Shown here: one piece after another, positions 14,920 through 28,825 of the stretch
Position numbering within the stretch: position 1 is the stretch's first letter
Layout of the letters: every line of letters starts with the position of its first letter
The notes under the pieces: generated by a model
Database searches by the model: none
Told to the model about the DNA's origin: nothing
What the model saw: only the letters and a program-made list of their open reading frames with translations
Source: the human T2T-CHM13v2.0 reference genome, Homo sapiens
Length of the DNA: 64,000 bases
Assembly (NCBI RefSeq): GCF_009914755.1
Contig: NC_060947.1
Strand: one strand, 5' to 3'
Translations under genes and position numbers: made by a program

Positions 14920-15830
14920 TATATATATTCATTCAAAAGATGTTTATTGAGCACCTACTATGCTTAAACATGGAAAGCTGTGAATATAGTAGAGAATGAG
15001 AGGGACAAAGAAGTAGAAAATGAGGTTGAAAAATAGGTAATTTCAAGATTTATTTGCAAGCCAGTATAAAGGATTTTATTTTATTCTAAGTGATTGGAAT
15101 CCACTAGTTAGTTTCAATATAGCAAATAGGCTATTGAGTGGATAGTTGTGGTGTCAAGAGTAGCAGCAGATAAGTTAGGAGGCTATTGTAGAACTATAGG
15201 TGGAAATGTTGATGGCTTAGATTATGGTATTGGTCATGAGAATGAAGGAAAGTGGTTAGGTTCAGGATTCTTTCATTTGTTCCACAAAAATTTATTTACT
15301 TCTTACTATGTGCCAGGCACTGTGTAAATCCTTAGAATACGTTGCTTCACAGGACAGAAAAAAATGCAGCCTTTTGATGAAACTTACATTCTAGTGGTTA
15401 TGCTTTGGAGGTAAAACCAATAGGTCATGCTGATGCATTTTATGTGAAGAGATGAGAAGATGAATTGAATATGACTCACAGATTTTTGGCTTAAGCAACT
15501 GGGTAAGTAGTGTTACCATTTATTAAGATGGGGACTATTGTGACAAGCGCAGATTTGGAGTGGAACTTGAGTCACATTTTTATGCTCTTAAGTTCAGATG
15601 CCCATGAGACATCTCGATAGAGTTGGCAAGTAATTAGATAGAAATATATGTTCAAGAAAGGGATAAAATCTGGAAATGTATATTTGGCAGTGACCAGCAA
15701 ACAGATACTGTTTTAAATCCACAAAACTAAGTGAGATTACACATTGAGATAACAGAAACAAAAAAAAAAGCTCTGAGAATGGAGCATTCCATCATTTAGA
15801 AAGCCTATCTAGAGTGGATTGGGCAGAAAA
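14920..15830. mobile_element. L2 relics
   Basis: TTTATTGAGCACCTACTATG, TTAGGAGGCTATTG, TTAAGCAACTGGGTA motifs. Confidence 0.7.
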
Positions 15831-16676
15831 AGGAACAAAGGAAATGGTGACAAACCTTAGATATCACTTGCAATTGCCTTTACTGTGCAGGGGAACATAG
15901 AAGATGGTATGGAATAAAATGTGTGCTCATGGGGGGATATATTTTTTCCAAAATGGAAGATAAAAGAATGCATTTGGCAAAGGAAAAGGGAGGTATTCAC
16001 ATTGCAGTGAAAGGAGGGCATAATTTCAAGAACAAATGTCTTAAGAAGGTGAGAAAAAATAAAATTCAAAGCAAAGGGTCAGGGTTGGCATTACATGGAG
16101 ACAACTATTTCACCCATTTTAATAATGACTTAAATTATTGCCAGTTCATAGATGGAGATACTGAAGCACAAAGAGGTTAAATAGCTTGCTCATTCTCATG
16201 AGCCAAGAAGTGGTGTAGTGGGTCTGAAGTGAGATACTGTGTTCCCAGAGTCTGTGTGCTTCACCATTGTACAAACAAAATGGGAGAATGACTATGGTTG
16301 CTAGCCAATTGGTATGTCCAATTATGATAGGATGTAGGAGCTCCTAACTAATAGCTCCTATCATGTCCATGAATTCTGAGGCTATCAGCTAAGAGTATGG
16401 TGGAAAAAAGAAACATAGGTTTGAGGAAGAAGGATCAAGTATTAAATAGTAGTTTGGGAGGGTAAAAAAGCCATTCCTCCAAGAAGAGTAATGGGGCAGA
16501 ATGCTGAGGCAGAGGCAGTGGGAGTGCCCATATGAGAACTGTGGTTATGACTTTAAAGTGTGAACAATCAGGAGGTATGTGTTTCCCCCCAGCAAGCTTC
16601 CAGGATCAGATTCAGGTACTGAGATAACAGGTACTTCGGTTTAACTACAATTGAAGTTTTGCCAAATGAGCAGGAA

Positions 16677-16965
16677 AGTGAGTGGAAGACAAAGAGAAGA
16701 CAATAGAGGAGTTGAAAGAAGAGAATGTAGAAGGGAAGAAGGAAGGAAGAAAGAAACCAAGAAAGGAGAAGAAGGGAGGGAGAGTGGGAGGGAGGGAGAA
16801 TGGGATGGAGGGAGAGTGCGAGGGAGGGAGGGAGGGAGGGACGGAAGTGAAGTTAAGGGAGGTTGCATGGCAGTAGTTGCAGTGATGAACCAGAAATTCT
16901 AAGGTGGATAGAGAGGGGAAAACACGGAAGAGACACTGTATTCAAGAGAGAGAAAGAGAGAGACT
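16677..16965 (+). repeat. Purine-rich (GGAA/GGGA) low-complexity tract
   Basis: Read directly from the sequence. Confidence 0.85.
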
Positions 16966-17814
16966 CAAAATTAAGATTTCACAGGAAGTAAAGACAAAGA
17001 TAAGGTTATGATCATAAATAAGCATGTGTGACTAAGGTTGGGTTGAGAAAAAATTATTGACAGCAAGGCAGTCCAGGAATTGGAAGGCCGAGGATGGGGT
17101 CTATTATCCATATGAATATTGAAGATCCCCCAATAAAGATGACATTAGTATGAGTGTTGGGTTGACAGGGAAATGGATGCTAAAGTCATCAACTAATAAA
17201 GGAGTACAACTAATAAAGGGTAACAGCACAGATAGGTAACAGCAGTGATAAGGAAAATCAGTAGTGAAGTCTAATGACCTGAGCTTCAGAGACGCCAAAG
17301 GATCTGGGTTTGAGGAAGGAGGAAAAAGATATGGTTTGGGCATTGCAGTGGGGAGCAAAAAGGATACCTTAGATTAAAAGATGTTTTAGAGATGCCAGTT
17401 GGCAGTTACAATCCCTGCTATGTTTATTGAGAAATGCAAGTTTGCATGTTTGACATGGAGATGTTCTTAAGTTTGTGTATGGCTATTCAGAACATAATGT
17501 TTTATTACCAAAGTTAAGTCTTGGGGGGAGTTGAAGAGCAAATCAAATCATGCTTAAGCTTTGTGGTCAAGTTTCCTAATTATCACCGATGGTTGAATTT
17601 TGAAAAAATAGGCAAGAAATATTTCCAATTATTTGTCCCTTAGGAAAGGCAGCATTTTTCAGCTTTTTAAAAAAGTCTGAACCATGGTTAGAAAAAAAAA
17701 AATGATAACAAGAGCTAACATTTATTGAGGGCTTACTATATGCCAGGTACTCTTCTAGATACTTTACATATAGTAATTCATTTAATCACCACTACAACTG
17801 TGTGAGTAATGCAA

Positions 17815-18612
17815 TCATACAGCCCAGTTTACCTGGGAAAGTCTTGATTTAGGCCTATTTTTCCAATACCTTGTGTGATTTAGAATTTGTCCTGGATTAC
17901 TCATTTTAAACAAAATGTTTTTTATTAATAGTTGCATTAAAATAAGTGGAAACGGGTTTGGTTGACCTCCACTTTATAGACCTGGATTCTGTCATAGGGT
18001 GATCCTCCGGTATAGGGGTATGCATGTGCAGTGAACGAGTTCTCACCTTAACACATGGTGAAATCGAAAAAATAATAATAATCACTACTATCCAGGCATC
18101 TTTTCTTCATATGTTCCAGATGCAGTGTCATAACTAACACTCCCTTTCCAGGATAGCTTGCGGGAGGGGAGCTTGCTTATAAAATGAAGTGCAATTGGAC
18201 ACCAGAGGCTGGGGACAGATGTTGCTCTCTATCAGTGATGGGTCACTGCTGCCCCTACTGGTCACTTGGGATACCAGCCTTGTTCTATGGCATGGCATGG
18301 CATGGCATGCAAAATCCATGAAGCCACCGGGCTATCACTTCATAGGGTCAGTGGGAAACATGGAAAATCACAGGTTCTGTACACATAAAAAGGAAAGAAA
18401 AACTGAGCAGTCTTGCTGTTGAGCATCTGAATGCTCATAATTGAGTGATTTTTTTCATTTTTGTATGATATAAATCCGTTTTAACTACGTTTTATTGTTT
18501 GATAAAACTTTTTTTTACTTTGCAATTGTCAACATTATAGAGTTGTAATGTCTGTCAGTGCCACTTGCCACTATCAAAATTGTCCTTGTTTGGATTAAAT
18601 TGAGTAAATTAA
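17815..18612. mobile_element. hAT-Blackjack/MER94-like relic
   Basis: CCCAGTTTACCTGGGAAAGTC left end and TGTCCTTGTTTGGA right end resemble MER94 subtermini. Confidence 0.45.
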
Positions 18613-18989
18613 CTAATAACAATGAAGATACTGTTCTTATCTCAATTTACGGATGAGGAAACTAATGCAAAAAGAAAATAGGGTGAGGCAAGGTGAAGCA
18701 AATAGGGTGAGGCAAGTGAGTCACACAAGTACAGGGTCAGATCCTGTTTTATTTTTTATTTAATGTTTTGTTCACCATGGATTTTTTGTATTAATAATGA
18801 TATTTTCAAACATTGCATTAAATATCATTTGAGTACTGGAGTTTTGGGTACCCCCTCAGATTTTGCCCCTGAGGCCTCACTTGTTTTCCCCTAGTTTGGG
18901 GCCCACCTAGTCATGAACTACTAAATTAATTTTCACAGAAATGCATTGTGGCCTGAGTTAATTTTTTTTTAATTATTTAAAAATGTTCA

Positions 18990-19315
<326 letters not shown>

Positions 19316-20044
19316 ATTCCCAAGGCAATATGTCATCTCTTTAATTTCCTACTGAGAAACTGACCTCTGAAATAACATACAGGTTGATATTTTAGAAGGT
19401 ATAACAAAAAACAAGAGCAGATCATCTCCCAAAAAGACAATGGCATTAAGCTTTATTCAGGGAAGGTATTTATTGAGAGAACACCTGAGATTACATTTAC
19501 ATGCATGGGAAGAGTGTCTGGTATTTACTGAGCAATCAAGTTATCAAATGGGGTCACTTTCAAGGAGTGGCCGGGCAATGTGCAACTAGGTGTATTTGCT
19601 TTGATTATCTTTTCTAGGTTTTGTAAAGCAGCCACTGTCAATTTTATCAAAACAGAGTTTCTCAGAAACAATCACGCCCAGATCTTCCCTGACAGAACTG
19701 GCCAACCCCAGTCTATTAGAAGCTGATGCCCCAGGTCTATGCAATAAAACTCTGTTTTAATGTTATCGCCTCTGCTCCAATAAGAAATATGTGCACCATG
19801 TGAAGTTATAACAACTTCTCTACAATGCAGCCTCACCTGCATTTATCTCCCACTTTCATTTTATATCTGGCTGCACCATGCCTTACTTCTGGCATTGTGC
19901 CTAATTTCAAATGTTTCCAGTTACCCAGATAGCCCTGACTTCTTTTTGTTCAGCTACTAAATAGAAATTGTGGCTGCTTGAGAACATGGTTATGGCATGT
20001 GGGCCACCTAATGACAAGTTGCCTTTTACTTATTTTTCTTCTAT

Positions 20045-20416
20045 TTTGTTTTTAATTGACACATAATAGTTGTATATATTTATGGGGTACAATGTGAGGT
20101 TTTAAGGTTTTATACATTGTATTATGATCAAATCAGGATAATTACTGTATCAATCATATGAAACACTTATTTCTTCACCAAATCATCTCTTCTAGATATT
20201 TTGAAATATACAATACATTATCATTAACGATTTTCACCCAACTGTGCAATAGAAGACCAGAACTTATTCCTCCTATCTAACTGTAACATAGTACCCACTG
20301 ACTAACTTCTCCTCATCTCTCCCTCCCCCTCATTTTCTCTAGGCACTGATAACCACTATTATACTGTCTACCCCCATGAGATCAAATTTTTTAGATTCCA
20401 CATATGAGTGAGATCA
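20045..20416 (-). mobile_element. L1MA 3' end
   Basis: TTTAATTGACACATAAT...TAGATTCCACATATGAGTGAGATCA. Confidence 0.85.
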
Positions 20417-20686
20417 CGTCCTTTGCAGGGACATGGATGGAGCTGCAGGGCATTATCCTCAGCAAACTAATGTAAGAACAGAAAACCAAATACCACTCAT
20501 TCTCACTTCTAAGTGGGAGCTAATGATGAGAACGCAGGGACACATAGAGGGGAACAACACACACTGGGGTCTTTTGGAGGGTGGAGGGTGGAAGGACAGA
20601 GAGGATCAGGTAAAACTAATGGGTACTAGGCTTAAGACCTGGGGTGATGAAATAATCTGTACAATAATCTGTACAACAGACCCCCA
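20411..20686 (+). mobile_element. L1PA13-16-like 3'UTR fragment lacking its terminus and tail
   Basis: TCCTTTGCAGGGACATGGATGGAGCTG...GGGTGATGAAATAATCTGTACAA. Confidence 0.85.
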
Positions 20687-20699
20687 GTTACAGACATGA

Positions 20700-21440
20700 C
20701 CCTCAGTGTGGGATAGGTGAAATGTGAGAGATGGAGGTAGCGATGTCCATGAGGCAGTCCAGCACTCAGGAGAGAGGACTGGGTTGGACAGACATGCTGA
20801 GAAGTCATTAGGATATAGATGGAGGTTAAAGCTATGGAAGTGGATAAGATTACCCAGCAGGAGTGTACAGAGTGAGAAGAGAAGTGGAGGAGAAAGGTTG
20901 AGAAAGAGCAGGAAGGGGCAGGGACGGAGCAGGAAGAGGGAATGGAAGGGGAAGGCAGTGTAAGGGAAGGCAGTGTAAGGCAAGGCAGAGGGCTGAGGGC
21001 AAACTCCTGTGAGCACCAGCATATCAGAGACAGGCAGGGGGAAAGGAGCCCATGAGAGAGACAGAGAAGGTCAGACGGCTATGTAATCACTCAGAGGCTA
21101 GAAAAAGAAACATATTCAGGAAGAAAATTCATAGTATCTAAAGATGTGGAGTTCACATAAAATAAAAGCTAAGAAGCAGCCATGGATTTTAGGAAGTCAG
21201 AGGACATTGGTAACCTCAACAACAGCAGGCTCAGTGGAGAGACGGAGGCAGACACAAGATTTTAGGCAGTGTAGTAGTGAAGTGGACAGTGAGGAAGTGA
21301 GGACATTGAATGCAGCCATTTTATCCAAGAAAAAGAGGCAGAAGTGGCTGAGGAGGCATATAGGCCATGGATTTTTTTGTTGGTTGGTTGGTTCTTTTGC
21401 TTTTTATTTAGTGTTTTTTTTAATGAGCAACTTGAGTACA
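20700..21440. mobile_element. L2 relic
   Basis: GAGGCAGTCCAG..CTCAGGAGAGAGG..TGGG and GAGAAGTCATTAGG motifs. Confidence 0.6.
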
Positions 21441-21949
21441 TTTAAATGCTGATGAGAGAGTTGTTTATAGAGAGAATAATATTACTTACAGGAGTTTTGA
21501 GGAAAGGTGGGAGAGCATACTTAGGTGGAGCCACTAGCCATACCCAGTAGAAGGTATTCCTTCTGATAACTGGGAGACAAAAGAAGGAATAAGAATAAGG
21601 ACATGGCAAGTTTGTGGGTGGGTGGGTAGGCGGACAGGATTTTGAAGGAATCCCCACATGATGGCATCTGATTGTTTTCTGTGACACAGGAAACACATTC
21701 ATTTTCAGAGAATAAAGAGGGAGGTGACAGAGTAGGAGGTGTGAGAACAGTGGGAAAACTTTGAAATGTTTGTGAATTGCGAAATACATCACCAGGAACC
21801 CACAGAAGTTTTCTCAAGCAGGCTTAGGGTCCATCGGACGTAGGGGAAATTGGATATGTAGGGGCATCAATGTGCTGGATTCGGTGAGGTTCTCCAGAGG
21901 AGCTCAGCAGCCAAGAATAACCAGATGGTGGGTTCCACAATTGATCCAG

Positions 21950-22105
21950 GCAGGACTGACTGAAATAAAAATGGGCAACCCCTGGTTCAAAAACAATTAA
22001 GAATTTCAAGATGGCAACAGCAGAGCATTAAACTAAGCCTAGCACCCCTCTGTGTATGGACCCTGTGTGTCTGCACAGGTTGCATGCCCGTGAAGCCAAT
22101 CTTGG
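21950..22105 (-). mobile_element. MER45A-like
   Basis: AAGAATTTCAAGATGGCAACAGCAGAGCATTAAAC. Confidence 0.75.
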
Positions 22106-23177
22106 ATCCAAGCTGAGGGTTTTGCCAGACAGGATGGATGAATGGATAAAAATATGAATCACGTGATGGTCCAAGCAGGGTAGAGAAATGGGGATACTGT
22201 AAAGAAGAGATGAGAATGAAAGGAGAATATTTTACACATAAGTGAAATAAATGTAAGCAATAAAATGTGGCAGTTAGCCCACTTATTTATTCTTTATTTG
22301 CAATAAAACAGTTAACTCTAGCTTTTAATTTCAATGATTCTTTATATTTCTATAGTTACCAAATTTAGTTGAAGTTCTAGTTTTGCACAGACCTTCTTAA
22401 GGGAGTTTTGCTTTACAGATTTTTTGAAGGGAGTTCAATGTTTAAATGAGAAAGAAAACTTGTATCAACTAGTGTCCTTTTTGTGTTGTTTTGTTTACTG
22501 GGGTAGACAGGCTCAGACAAATATTTCAGTGCAGAATGTTGTGTGCTGTGGGAAAGGTTTAAGTGCATGATTTAAAGTGATGACTGAGGACAAAGCATCT
22601 TCTCCACTTGGTAGTGCCAGGGAGTTGAGCCTTTGTCTGGGTCTTGACACAGGAGTAGAAATTTGCCAGGTCAAAAGGAAAATTAAGAGGATATCCAGGC
22701 TGAGGAAACGGTTATGCAGAGGTTCAGATGTTAGAAACGACATGATGCTTTCACTACATCATAAAAAGTTGAGTCAGGAAAGTGCTAAAGCATGGGGCCT
22801 AAAAGGAAGGAAGACTTCAGTTGCTCTTGAACTGGGAGCCACCAAAAGGCTTTATAAATGATAGAATGCTACAATCAGATTGGAACTGTGGAAACATCAC
22901 TCTATATAGAAAGGATCAGATTGGAATAAGGCACAAGATCAGGAAAATGCTGCTTCAGCATTTCAACTTAAAAACACCCTTAATTTTATAAGTAGTCTAC
23001 ACTTCCCTGAAGCCCCTCCCTAGAGGCATAGATCATTATTACTATTTTGGTTTGCCTTTTTGTAATTTTGCTAGAACTAGCTTTCCAAATCTGGGATGTA
23101 TGTTATAAACTTACCAAAGCTTGTCTTAAGTGTGAATATAAAAGTGGCTTTCTGGTTTGAATTCTTTGCAGTAACAC

Positions 23178-24216
23178 AGGTGTCTTATCATTGCTGTAAC
23201 AAATCACTACAAACTTAATGGCTTAAAACAGGAAAAACTTATTATCTACACTTCTGTAGGTCCAAAATGGGCCTCACTAGGTTAAAATCAAGGTATTGGC
23301 AGGACTGCATTGCTTCTGGAGGGTTGTCACGGGGGTTCAAGGGATTGGGGGCCATATCAAAGAAAAAGATATGACCACGCAGGCAGTAATACACAACAAA
23401 GTTTATTGGGTGGCACTTGGACAGGGTTGCGTGAAAAGGTGGCTCCTCACAGCATGAAATGATCCAGAGGCTTAGAGACAGGGGCCACCATACAGAGAGG
23501 AGAGGACAAGGGGACTCCCAGTGGGGAGGTGAATCAGAGGGGGCTCACTTGTCTAGGTGATGTTGCTCAGCTGCACAGTGGGGGAGCCTCTGGGTCAGAG
23601 AGCTTCAAAGAGCAGCAGTGCCATGGGACCTTATAAGTGCAAGGACCAGCAGATGCTAGGCATGGTTTTGTGGGCTATGCAAAGCAGTCAGGGTCTAGAT
23701 GGCTAAAAATCTGCTTGTTTAGGCTATTTTTAAAATAATGGAATGTGTAAAATTTGAGTTTGGTGCCAGCAAGCTTTGGAGATAACAGGTCTCAACCTAT
23801 AGTGGGGAAATAAACAACCAAGGGGACAATACTCAGAGGCCATCTTTGGCTCATTTATATAACAGTGTTCTAGGGGAGAATCTGATTTCTTGACTTTTCC
23901 AACTTCTAGAGCTACTTACATTCCTTGGCTCATAGTCCCCTTTCTCCAAAGGGGAAAGTTGTTCAAAGCCATAACATTGCATTTCTCTGACCCTTCTTCC
24001 ATTGCCATGTGTACCTCTGACCACAGTTGAGAAAGGTTCTCCATTTCTAAGAGTCATGTGATTAAGTTGTGAGCACGTAGATCATCTAGGGCCCTCTCCC
24101 CATCCTTAGTTTCTTAATCACATCTGCAAAGCCCCTCTGCTTTGTAGGATAACATATTCACAGGTTCCAAGGATTAGGACACAGACATCTTTGGTAGGCA
24201 TTATCCTGCCTGCCAC
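23178..24216 (-). mobile_element. MLT1 (MLT1C/D-like) LTR interrupted by a solo LTR
   Basis: GCTGTAACAAATCACTACAAACTTAATGGCTTAAAACA...CTTCTGGAG|TCTAGGGGAGAATCTG...CCTGCCACA. Confidence 0.8.
23325..23864 (-). mobile_element. 540-bp solo LTR (ERV1-type 4-bp TSD)
   Basis: TG...CA termini, GGGT/GTGT flanks, minus-strand AATAAA at ~23402. Splits the MLT1 cleanly. Confidence 0.75.
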
Positions 24217-24249
24217 AAACAGCAATGGTTTCCACTGCAACTCTGAGAG

Positions 24250-24606
24250 CATCCGTTGGGCACTGTAGCATGCTCCATGCACACTCAGGACAGTCCAGAA
24301 GTACCAGGAGGTGAATGCTACAGGAGTGGCCCTCAACCAATGAGAACTGGGAGTTGGTGGCCAAATACCAAGCTTCCTCAACCCTTGGTAAGTCAAGTCT
24401 CAGTCTCTCAGAGGTTTGAGCCCCATTTGGCAACCATGGTCACCTGCTGATTATTCACACATCCTTTATTGACTTTTCTCCTTTCCTTGTCCTACACTTC
24501 CCCACTCCCTCACCACACTCCTGTTGTTGCCTCCCAAGTAAACCTCTTGCATGCAATCCCTCATCTCAGGGTTGCTTTGGAGAGAACAAAAACAAACTAA
24601 GGTGCA
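24250..24606 (+). mobile_element. ERVL LTR16-like
   Basis: CCCTCAACCAATGAG...CTCCCAAGTAAACCTCTTGCA...TCTCAGGGTTGCTTT. Confidence 0.65.
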
Positions 24607-25892
24607 ATGCCTCCTAGGCCAAGGACCTCATGAGAATCACAACCCACTGAACCCCATCCTCGGCCTCCCCACTAAACACCAGATTCTGGAGGACTTTTTG
24701 TGCCTAAAGTGTGGAAACAGAGGGAATCTAGGAGCAGCAAGTGTCAAACAATGGTTTATTGTACCTTACAGTTGGCATTGCTAAAATATTTCTGTGCTGC
24801 TGAGCTTCTAAAATAGGTTTCATAACACAATTCTATTGCTTTATGTCCCTGAAATCAAGCCTGTGCCTTCAGCTCTACTAGTGTTTCATAAAGGCTATGA
24901 TGGCAGATACCTTGAACCTTCTTCTTTCACTATCTAGCTCTTAATTGGTGTAAGATTCTTTTTTTCCACTTTAAAATCCAGATCCTGCACAATGGTTTAA
25001 GATTCTTGATGGCAACTTGAGCTGTAGTTATTTCAGCATAACTGGACTCTCATAAAAAGATCGAGCTAAATGACAGAAAAGTCTGGTGCTTCCTTGGCAT
25101 TACATCAGAGATGTGGGTTTGCCTAATCATAGTAGTAATTTGTCTCTATCACTGTTATTCTTGTTTTTAACAAGCTGATTTGGGGACAATATGCTTAAAT
25201 GGAGTTATTTCCCACCTGATTGATGAGGCAGCATCAGACGCGAGTATAACCGTTTATAAAATAAATGACCTTGGCTCTGTGCAGGAGTGGGTAAAAGGAA
25301 ACGACCCCTGCCTTCTTAGTTTTCATTCTAAGCTGCTAGACAATCCTAGATTTCATTTCTTCAACAAATAGTTTTTGAATGCTTGCCTTGTACAGTGTTT
25401 TGTTTTAGATAAGGGGCAGATAAAAAAAACTGCTTGAAACCTGTTTTCACAAAATTTTAGAGGTCAATATCAGAAAAAAAGTACAAAAATGTTCTAATAT
25501 GAGGTAGAGAATTTTAAGAACCATAAGAGAGTTATAGTTGGAGCTGTGGCAATTCCCAGGAAGGGAGAGTATAGTGTACTTCCAGCTCTTAAGGAGGGAG
25601 GAGATTCTCAAGAAAGAAGCAGCATTTGTAAAGTTCATTTTATCTTAGAATGTTAACTGTAAGTTATTCTAAACTCATCTTGTTATTGTCAGTAAATGAA
25701 ACAGAGATTAAATAATTAAATAGGTAATGAAAACTACATTCTTTAAGGTGGCATTTAATGCTCATTAGAAAGTAGCCTTATCCTGCCTTGCTGATACACA
25801 TTTACATCAGATGAACCTGGAGAGCTTCCCACTCCAAGACCTTCAAGAGGAAAGTGAGAGTCAGTGACACGGAAGCTTTGTTTGATCTAAGG

Positions 25893-26119
25893 CAGTGGTT
25901 CTCAGCCAGGAGCTATTTTTCCCCACCCCAGGGGACATTTGGCAATGTATGGAGGCGTTTTTAGTTCTCACAACTTGGGGTTGGGGACTGTGTGTGTTGC
26001 TGAACTCTAATGAGTAGAGACCAAGGATGCTGCTAAACATCCTACAGTGCACAGGATGGTGCCCATAGCAAAGAATCATCTGACCCGAATATGGATAGTG
26101 TCAAGTTTGAAAAACCCTA
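25893..26119 (+). mobile_element. MER20
   Basis: CAGTGGTTCTCA...GGGGACATTTGGCAATGT. Perfect 8-bp TSD ATCTAAGG. Confidence 0.88.
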
Positions 26120-26592
26120 ATCTAAGGGACAGAAGCATGCTGTGCACACAGAGGACTGAGGTTTAGCTTCATGAGTGCAAGCTGCTTATGAATAAAGATG
26201 TCACTCCTGTCAGGAGTAATTAATTAGAGCTAGTATAACCCAGTTGACAAAATAGTCAGAAAAACCTTTCATTAAGAATTTCCTCTTTTGTAAGTGAACT
26301 CTTTTACTCTACATAAAGTTCTTTTTATTTACATCATATAGCAAATCAGGGATCCAAAATATGGTTCTTTGTACTGGTAATGAACAGGGGCATGAATTTT
26401 GTTGGGTGTATGATTTAATTGCTTTTCAAAATGTTGACATGTTGACATGGGTGTAAAAACATCAGGAGGTTAAGTTATTAAATGCCTCCACTTCATTCCA
26501 CTCTATCTGCTGCTGCTAGGATTTGTTCAAGAGCAACAGAAGTCATACCAGAAATGAGCTCTGGTATTTTCTAGAAACAAGGTAACCCATTA

Positions 26593-26878
26593 CAGCATGG
26601 TTCTCAATCCTGGTTACACACTAGAGACACCTGGGAGCTTTTTAAAATCTAAATGCCCAGACATCTTGGTTTTATAAGGCTTCCCAGGTGGTTGCAATGT
26701 GAAGCCAAGTTTGAGAACCTTGCTTCTTTAAATGTCATCTGTTGACCAGCAGCATCAGCATCACCTACAGCTTGCTAGAAATGCAGCCTCTCAGGCCCTA
26801 CCCCAGACGTGTGGAATCAAAAATAACAGGATTCTCAGGAGATTCACTAGCACATTAAAGCTTGAGAAGTGCTGCTCT
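26593..26878. mobile_element. Two adjacent MER5-family fragments
   Basis: GGTTCTCAATCCTGG...TTTGAGAACC and GACCAGCAGCATCAGCATCACC...TTGAGAAGTGCTG. Confidence 0.7.
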
Positions 26879-28364
26879 AGAATATATCGCAGAGAGTCCA
26901 CTTTTAAATTGTATGCATGTTGCAATATGCACAGTCTAAAACAAGGCATACTATTACTATTAAGACATGGTAAAAAGCTCCAAAGCTTTAAATAGAATTA
27001 TTTTCACTTGGTAAGAAATATTAAGTTTATTACTGTGGCTGCTTGTGTTTTGCACTAAATTTTATTTTTAATTGTGAAAGATTTCAATCATATAGAGTAA
27101 TTTAACCCTATGTTGCTTGTTGTTTTGTTTCTCTCAAGAAGAGTAATCACTAAGTAGCCTAGGATTATCATTCTGGTATTAGGAGCCAAATGGGAACCCC
27201 ATGAAAGACCTTTTCCTATAACTGAGAAGGTTCCTTCTCAGCTCTGTGTTCACATACACAAGGAGGAAATGATCTGAAATGGCATGTAACAGGATCCATG
27301 ATAGAGTGAGGAGCTTCACCTTTGTTAACAAGATTGAACAGTGCACACATGCATTGTAGTAAAACAATAATTCTAAATAGTCATACAACTTCATTCTGGA
27401 AAGCACAAAATGCTTCAAATTATGGTAGTTTGGCAGTGATATCTCCACAGGGAGTTTATAAGGTTTGCTGAATGTCGTACAGCCAATTCCTGACTGCCAG
27501 ACCTGAGACGCCTTAATTCAACACAGAATCATTGAATGTTCTTTCACACTTCCTGTCTTTTAGGGCAGATTGATTAAAATAAAACTTACAAAAATACCTG
27601 TCTTAAAGTCAGCCTTCTTCATCCCAGCCAAGTACCCTATCCTGTCAATATGTTTCATTACAGCACCATTTCCTGGAATTACTGCCATTGAATTCCCGTC
27701 CTCTTAATAACATATACTTTTTCTCTCCAAAACATGCAAAAAAGAATATGAGAGAGAAGCATGACATAGTGACACATGCTTAGGGCCAGGAGTCCAGCTG
27801 GCTGAATCTAAATCCTGGCTGGTGCTTTATTTGCTGGGTGATTAGAGTCATGGCCTAACCACTCTGGGTCTCAGTTTCTTCATCTGTAGAAAGAGTCTAA
27901 TAAAGTCCTTTCTCATGGGCTGCTGTTAGGAGCAAGCAAGATTATGCACGTGAAGAACAGTGCCTTGCATACAGCCAATACTTATGAAGTATTTCCTTTC
28001 TCTTCCTTTCGCCTGCTTTTTGACATGAGAATATTGCATGATACAGAGTTTGGAGCATGAATCCCTTCACCCTGGTAGTGAGCTTAGAACCTGATAGGTA
28101 GTTTTTTAACCCACCCCCCACCCTCCACCCTCTAAAAAAACCAAAAAACAACAACAAAGAAAATATCATGGTATATCCTGCTTTGTAAAAGTAAATACTA
28201 CTTTGTGAAACTTTTGTTGCCATTAGATATATTAATGTGTGTGGAAGTGTGTGTATGTGTGTCCTGGTTAGTAATGGAAAATATGTTTTCCTACTTTGAC
28301 AGCAAAAAAGGTGTGTGTGTGTGTGTGTGCACGCGCGCGTGTTGCATGCACTGTTAGATGACAG

Positions 28365-28825
28365 TCTTTATTTTTTTTCTAGCTTTAAGGTATAATTGAC
28401 AATTAGAAATCATATATATTTAAGGTATACGACTTGATGATTTGATATATGTATACACTGTGAAATAATCACCATGATTAAACTAATTAACATGTCCATC
28501 ATCTCACATTGTTACCAGTTTCTTTTTTTTCCTTCCTTTCTACCTTCTTTCCTTCCCTCCCTCCTTCTTTCTTTCATGAGAACACTAAAGATCTACCCCC
28601 TTAGCAAATTTCAAGTATACAATACAGTATTGTTAACTATAGTCACATTGTTGTACATTAGATCTCCAGAGCTTATTCATCTCACAGAACTGAAACTTTG
28701 TATCCCTTGACCAACATCTTCCCCTTTCCCCTCACTCTATCTCTTGGCAACCACCATTCTACTCTCTGCTTCTGTGAGTTTGATTATTTTAGATTCCACA
28801 TATAAGTGAGAACTTGCAGTATTTC
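28365..28825 (-). mobile_element. L1MA/MB 3' end
   Basis: GGTATAATTGACAA...TTTAGATTCCACATATAAGTGAG. Confidence 0.85.

Noticed and set aside
16641-16902. Charged or Pro/Ser-rich ORFs
   Set aside because: Artefacts of the purine-rich low-complexity tract.
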